A stretch of DNA of 11,974 nt from Archangiaceae bacterium (GTDB taxonomy: Bacteria > Myxococcota > Myxococcia > Myxococcales > Myxococcaceae). The position numbers and the translations under genes are program-made. Every line of letters starts with the position of its first letter. Position 1 is the stretch's first letter. Shown here piece by piece: positions 7,750-11,974 of the stretch. Below the pieces are notes generated by a model. That model made no database searches. It was given only the letters and a program-made list of their open reading frames with translations, and was not told where the DNA came from. The stretch covers positions 1 through 11,974 of the forward strand of contig JAYVCD010000394.1 in the NCBI GenBank assembly GCA_043750125.1. Reading direction: 5' to 3'.

Positions 7750-7787
7750 CGTCCACACCTGTTGCCGGCGGGAGGCGAAGCGATCAA

Positions 7788-8078
7788 CTAACCGGCAGAG
7801 GGAGTCTGCTGCGCCGAGTCCAAAGCCGCCACTGCCTTGTCGATGAAGGCAAAGATGTCGGCCACGGTGCGCATCTGTCGGGCATCAGTCTCGGGGATCT
7901 GAACCGACAGGGCCTTTTCGAGCGCGACGATCAGGTCGACCCCGTCGAGGCTGTCGAGCCCGAGATCTTCGCGCAGGCGAGCCGGGGGAACGATTTTTTC
8001 CCGCTCGAGCTCGAACTCACTCGAAAGGGTATCGATGACGATCTTCTGGGCGATTTGCGACTTGGAAGGATCCGACAT
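7788..8078 (-). CDS. Acyl carrier protein
   Basis: 96 aa from the ATG at 8078: ...ARLREDLGLDSLDGVDLIVALEK...MRTVADIF.FI. It has the phosphopantetheine attachment motif LGLDSLD (Ser codon at 7950-7952). The longer 8348 start in the track overlaps the divergent KS gene and is unlikely. Confidence 0.92.
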   Translation of the reverse strand: MSDPSKSQIAQKIVIDTLSSEFELEREKIVPPARLREDLGLDSLDGVDLIVALEKALSVQIPETDARQMRTVADIFAFIDKAVAALDSAQQTPSAG

Positions 8079-8157
8079 TTCGGCCGGCTCGCTACCAACC
8101 TGAAGGCTCCGGGTCAATTCCATTTCAAACTTGTCCGTGTTATCCGAATCGGCCTTC
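8079..8157. promoter_or_regulatory. Divergent promoter region between ACP and ketosynthase operon
   Basis: A 79-nt gap between divergent starts with a locally AT-richer core (TCAATTCCATTTCAAACTTGTCCGTGTTATCC). No specific elements were assigned. Confidence 0.4.
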
Positions 8158-9378
8158 ATGCGTCGCGCGGTCATCACCGGTATCGGCACGATCTCTTCTC
8201 TGGGCCTGACGCTTCCTACGGTCAGCGCATCGCTGCGAGAGGGGAAGAGCGGTGTGGGGCTCGATCCTGAACGCAAAGCCCGCGGCTTTCGCTCGTCGCT
8301 CACCGGGATCGTCAAAGGCTTCGACACTGCTGCCCGCTTCGACCGCAAGCAGCGAAAGACGATGGGCTCCGCGGCCGCCTACGGGTGCGCCGCAGCGCTC
8401 GACGCGGTCGCCGACTCGGGGCTTCCCCGCGAGCGCCTGGCCCAGCCGGACGTGGGCGTCATCTTCGGCAACGACTCGACCTGCGCGGCGGCCCAGGAGC
8501 TCTTCGCCTCGCTCGAGAAAACCAAGCGGACCAGCGCACTGGGTACCGGGCACATCATCCGGGTTATGAACTCGACCGTGAGCATGAACCTGAGTTCGAT
8601 GTTCGGAGTTCAAGGCGCCTGCTGGTCGCTGTCGGCCGCTTGCGCATCAGGGCTTCACGCGCTCGGTCAGGCCGCGATGATGATTGCCCAGGGAATGCAG
8701 GAAATCGTGATCTGCGGCGGCGCGCAGGAAACGGGCTGGCAATCGATGGCGGCCTTCGATGCGCTGGGTGCGCTGTCCACCCGCGAGAATGATCCGACCC
8801 AGGCCTCGCGTCCTTTCGATACCGGGCGCGATGGGCTCGTCCCTTCCGGCGGCGGCGCGGCGTTGATCGTCGAGTCGATCGATTCCGCCCGCGCCCGCAG
8901 CGCCCACATCTACGCCGAAGTGCTGGGCTACGCGTTCTCTTGCGACGGCTCGCACCTGACCAACCCCTCGGGCGACGGGGCACGACGCGCGATGGAACAG
9001 GCGCTCAAAGCGGCCCGCGTTCACCCCAGCGAGCTCGACTACGTCAACGCCCACGCGACTTCGACCCCGGCAGGTGACGCGGTCGAAGCGAAGGCAATTT
9101 CTGCGGTGCTCCAGGGCCACAAGGTGCCGGTGTCTTCCACCAAGGGCCTCACCGGCCACGAGTGTTGGATGGCGGGCGCCAGCGAACTCGTCTACTGCGC
9201 GCTGATGATGCGCGATGGCTTCATCGCCGGAAATCCGAACCTGGTCGAAGCAGACGCGGCCTGTGCAGGGCTCCACTTGCCCCGGAAGACGCTCGACGTG
9301 CGTCCGCGCACGGTGATGAAGAACTCGTTCGGTTTCGGTGGAACCAACGGCTCGGTCCTCCTGCGCGCGCTGACATGA
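8158..9378 (+). CDS. Beta-ketoacyl-ACP synthase (FabB/FabF family, accessory type)
   Basis: MRRAVITGIG start. The Cys-His-His triad is complete: AACASG (Cys codon 8641), YVNAHATST (His 9052), STKGLTGHECWMAG (His 9157). Also SRPFD..RDGLVPSGG and the C-terminal NSFGFGGTN. Confidence 0.93.
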   Translation: MRRAVITGIGTISSLGLTLPTVSASLREGKSGVGLDPERKARGFRSSLTGIVKGFDTAARFDRKQRKTMGSAAAYGCAAALDAVADSGLPRERLAQPDVGVIFGNDSTCAAAQELFASLEKTKRTSALGTGHIIRVMNSTVSMNLSSMFGVQGACWSLSAACASGLHALGQAAMMIAQGMQEIVICGGAQETGWQSMAAFDALGALSTRENDPTQASRPFDTGRDGLVPSGGGAALIVESIDSARARSAHIYAEVLGYAFSCDGSHLTNPSGDGARRAMEQALKAARVHPSELDYVNAHATSTPAGDAVEAKAISAVLQGHKVPVSSTKGLTGHECWMAGASELVYCALMMRDGFIAGNPNLVEADAACAGLHLPRKTLDVRPRTVMKNSFGFGGTNGSVLLRALT

Positions 9379-9800
9379 GTTTGCCGGAAGTCATCTCGGT
9401 GCTTCCGCATCGGCCCCCATTCCTGTTCGTCGACCGCATCGTCGAGCTGACCTTGACCCGGGTCGTCGGAGTGCGGACCTTTCACGAGGACGAGCCGTTT
9501 TTCAAAGGCCACTTTCCCGACCACCCCGTCGTCCCGGGCGTGCTGCTGATGGAAGGCCTGGCGCAGACGATGGCGTACTACGCGCTGCTGCAACGCAAGG
9601 CGCCGCGCATTTTTCTGGTCGGCATCGATCGCGCGCGCTTTCGTTCGATGATCGAGCCGGGCAAAGAAGTGACCTACGAAGTGACGCTGGGTGAAGAACG
9701 CTTCGGCACGCTGACGGGAAAAGGAAAAGTCACCGCCGGTACGCAAAGGATCGCCGAGGCCACGCTGATGGGGTACGCGGGCGACGGGAAAATGATTTGA
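9375..9800 (+). CDS. fabZ: 3-hydroxyacyl-ACP dehydratase (FabZ-like hotdog fold)
   Basis: Motifs LPHRPPFLFVDRI, EPFFKGHFPDHPVVPGVLLMEGLAQ (catalytic His/Glu), GID.ARFR....PG. The ATG at 9375 overlaps the KS stop (ATGA); 141 aa. Confidence 0.88.
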   Translation: MSLPEVISVLPHRPPFLFVDRIVELTLTRVVGVRTFHEDEPFFKGHFPDHPVVPGVLLMEGLAQTMAYYALLQRKAPRIFLVGIDRARFRSMIEPGKEVTYEVTLGEERFGTLTGKGKVTAGTQRIAEATLMGYAGDGKMI

Positions 9801-9810
9801 GTGCCGCGCG

Positions 9811-11367
9811 ATGAAAGACAGCTTTCAGCCACAGGCTTCACTTCCAGAAGGCCACTTCGACGTGGTCGTGGTCGGATCAGGGATGGGCGGACTCACCTGC
9901 GCACTGATCATGGCGAAGGAAGGCTTCAAGGTCTGTGTGCTCGAGCAGCACTACCGACCGGGGGGCTGCCTGCACCGCTTCTTCCGCGAACGCGTTCCGT
10001 TCGACACCGGGTTTCACTACCTGGGCGGCGTCGGGGAAGGCGGCACGATGGCGAAGTACCTGCGCTTTCTGGGCGTCGCCGAGAAGCTCAAGTGGCACGA
10101 CCTGGATCCCGACGGCTTCGACATCCTTAGGTTTCCCGACTACGAGTTCAAGGTCCCTGCCGGCTGGCCCGCGCTGACGAAGCGGTTGCACGAGGAATTC
10201 CCCGGCGAGAAAGGGGCGATCAACACCTACGCCGAGGCGTGTCAGAAGATCTGCGCCGAGAGCTTCGCCTACAGCTTTCAAAAGCCGCCCGAAGTCAGTG
10301 GCGAATACACCAACGTCGCGCTCGCTCCTTTCTTGAAAGGGCTGACCAAGAACGAGCGGCTCTACGCGGTACTCACCGGCCAGAGCTTTCTGTACGGAGT
10401 GGATCCCCCGACGACTCCGCTCGAGCTTCACGCGCTGGTGCTCGACTCGATGTTGCAGGGTCCGGTCGGCCTCAACGGCGGCGGCGATGCCCTCGCGAAG
10501 GTGATGGTCGATGCGATCAAGGCCCACGGGGGCGAAGTGCGCACCCGCACCAAGGTCACGGCGCTGGAAACCAAGGCCGGGCTGTTGGACAGCGTGATGA
10601 CCGAACGCGCCGGCCGGGTCGGCGACGCGCCTCACCTCGAACGGCTGTTTGCCCGCTGCGTGATCAGCAACGCGCACCCCCAGTCGACGCTCGAATTGCT
10701 TCCCCCCAACAGCTTCCGTCCCGCCTTCACCTCGCGGGTCAAAGAGAGCCGCAACAGCATCGGGTGCAGCGCGGTCTACTTCCAATCGACCTCGCCCAGC
10801 CCGGTGCGGCGCGATCACAACATCTACTCGTTCCCGTCTCTGGACGTGGACCAGATGTACCTCGAGCGCGGGCCCGAAGATTCGTCCGACCGGGGCCTGT
10901 TCCTCACCTTCCCGTCCGACCGCGAAGAAGACTGGAATCACCCCCGCGTGGTTCTCGCGCTGGGGCTGATGGGGTGGAACGAGGTCAAGCAGTGGGAAAA
11001 CTCGAAGAGCGGCGACCGCCCCGCGGCTTATGAAGAGTTCAAGAATCGAAACACCCGCGAGCTGCAGGCGCAGATCGAGAAGCTGTTGCCCGATCACGCT
11101 GGCCACCTGACTGCGATCGAGACGTCCACCCCGCTGACGAATCGCGACTACACCGCCACGCCCGAAGGCTCGCTCTACGGCTTGCGCCACGGAATGGAAC
11201 GGTGGGGCCGCTACGCGCTGGCTTCCCGCACCAAGATCGACAACCTCTACCTCACCGGCCACAGCATCTTGATGCCCGGCATCGTCGGCACCACCATCGG
11301 CGGCTTCGTGACCTGCTCCTACTTGTTGGGCTTTGAGGCGATCTTCGACCGGGTGGCCGTGGCATGA
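9811..11367 (+). CDS. FAD-dependent oxidoreductase, phytoene desaturase (CrtI) / retinol saturase (RetSat)-like family
   Basis: Rossmann motif DVVVVGSGMGGL, LEQH..PGGC.H.F.R....FDTGFHY.GG, GG...LA..M...I...GGEV, STPLT.RDY...PEGS.YG, and NLYLTG......GI.G. Confidence 0.88.
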   Translation: MKDSFQPQASLPEGHFDVVVVGSGMGGLTCALIMAKEGFKVCVLEQHYRPGGCLHRFFRERVPFDTGFHYLGGVGEGGTMAKYLRFLGVAEKLKWHDLDPDGFDILRFPDYEFKVPAGWPALTKRLHEEFPGEKGAINTYAEACQKICAESFAYSFQKPPEVSGEYTNVALAPFLKGLTKNERLYAVLTGQSFLYGVDPPTTPLELHALVLDSMLQGPVGLNGGGDALAKVMVDAIKAHGGEVRTRTKVTALETKAGLLDSVMTERAGRVGDAPHLERLFARCVISNAHPQSTLELLPPNSFRPAFTSRVKESRNSIGCSAVYFQSTSPSPVRRDHNIYSFPSLDVDQMYLERGPEDSSDRGLFLTFPSDREEDWNHPRVVLALGLMGWNEVKQWENSKSGDRPAAYEEFKNRNTRELQAQIEKLLPDHAGHLTAIETSTPLTNRDYTATPEGSLYGLRHGMERWGRYALASRTKIDNLYLTGHSILMPGIVGTTIGGFVTCSYLLGFEAIFDRVAVA

Positions 11368-11974
11368 AACGCGTCGTCGTCACCGGTTTCGGGGCCCTCT
11401 CTCCGATTGGCAATTCGTCCGATTCCATCGCCCACGCCCTCGAGCACGGGAAGAGCGGCGTTCGCGCGATGCCCGAGTGGGACAAGTGGAAGGACCTCCA
11501 CACCCGCGTCGGCGGAGTCGTCACCGACATCGACGAAAAAAGCATTCCCCGCGAATACCGCCGGTCGATGGCGCGGGTGGCGATCCTCGCGGCGCTGGCG
11601 GCGAAGCAGGCGATCGCCCACGCCAAACTGACCCCTGAATTGCTCGCCTCGCACCGGGCCGGGCTGTCGATCGGGCAGACCGTCGGCAGTCCTTCGGCGA
11701 TGCAGGTCTACTTCGACACCTTGAGGGAATCGGGCCCGCGCGGGCTGAAGTCGACGACCTTCCTGCAGTTGATGTCGCACTCGGCAGCGACCAACGTTGC
11801 CCTGATGCACCACATCAAGGGCCGCGTTTGGGCGCCCGTCGCCGCGTGCGCTTCGAGCAGCCAGGCCATTGGCCAGGGCTTCGAGACCATTCGAGCCGGA
11901 GCGCAGGACGTGATGCTCTGTGGCGGCACCGAAGAGCTGCACTCGACCACCGCGATCACCTTCGACATCGTCGG
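11364..11974 (+). CDS. Second beta-ketoacyl-ACP synthase (ApeR-like), 3' end runs off the window
   Basis: Not in the ORF track (no stop in window); translated by hand from the ATG at 11364 (ATGA overlap): MKRVVVTGFGALSPIGN...SGVRAMPEWDKWKDLHTRVGG...RRSMARVAILA...KSTTFLQLMSHSAATNVA...KGRVWAPVAACASSSQAIG...MLCGGTEELH. The catalytic Cys codon is at 11847. Confidence 0.92.
   Translation, partial: MKRVVVTGFGALSPIGNSSDSIAHALEHGKSGVRAMPEWDKWKDLHTRVGGVVTDIDEKSIPREYRRSMARVAILAALAAKQAIAHAKLTPELLASHRAGLSIGQTVGSPSAMQVYFDTLRESGPRGLKSTTFLQLMSHSAATNVALMHHIKGRVWAPVAACASSSQAIGQGFETIRAGAQDVMLCGGTEELHSTTAITFDIV

Noticed and set aside
8101-8158. TGAAGGC ... GCCTTCA inverted repeat flanking the divergent promoter region
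   Set aside because: Only 7 bp with a 44-nt spacer; plausible by chance, and there is no transposase or operator evidence.
8079-8348. Extended N-termini from the ORF track for the ACP (8348) and KS1 (8131); likewise FabZ (9162)
   Set aside because: The ACP and FabZ extensions overlap neighbouring genes, and none of the extensions shows family similarity. Starts at 8078, 8158 and 9375 fit the domain boundaries.
9877-11262. 461-aa antisense ORF opposite the oxidoreductase
   Set aside because: It is a codon-register mirror of a GC3-rich sense gene, with no recognisable domain.
9811-11367. Carotenoid biosynthesis gene (crtI)
   Set aside because: Only family-level similarity. The context is ACP/KS/dehydratase with no phytoene synthase or GGPP synthase, so no gene symbol was assigned.
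340-11367. Functional link between the LRAT-related permuted NlpC/P60 enzyme and the RetSat-like oxidoreductase (retinoid-like chemistry)
   Set aside because: They are separated by the unrelated purine operon, and both families are broad. There is no evidence beyond coincidence.

Overview
GC-rich bacterial DNA, probably Myxococcota; this is inferred from gene style and protein families. The window holds three blocks. (1) 1-1792: a partial YccU-like CoA-binding protein gene on the minus strand, divergent from a secreted permuted NlpC/P60 (YiiX/YebB-like) cysteine hydrolase gene that has an apparent frameshift at about nt 523. (2) 1855-7127: a tightly coupled five-gene operon encoding all six steps from urate to glyoxylate plus urea. 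It contains membrane urate hydroxylase PuuD with two c-type haem domains, allantoinase AllB, an allantoicase-OHCU decarboxylase fusion, HIU hydrolase and ureidoglycolate lyase. (3) 7117-end: the left part of a non-housekeeping type II FAS/PKS-like lipid cluster. An ACP and a secreted hypothetical protein on the minus strand are divergent from ketosynthase 1, a FabZ-like dehydratase, a CrtI/RetSat-like FAD oxidoreductase and ketosynthase 2 (aryl-polyene ApeR-like, truncated). No RNA genes, CRISPR arrays or mobile elements were seen. The best leads are the dihaem PuuD, the lipid/polyene cluster and the frameshift.
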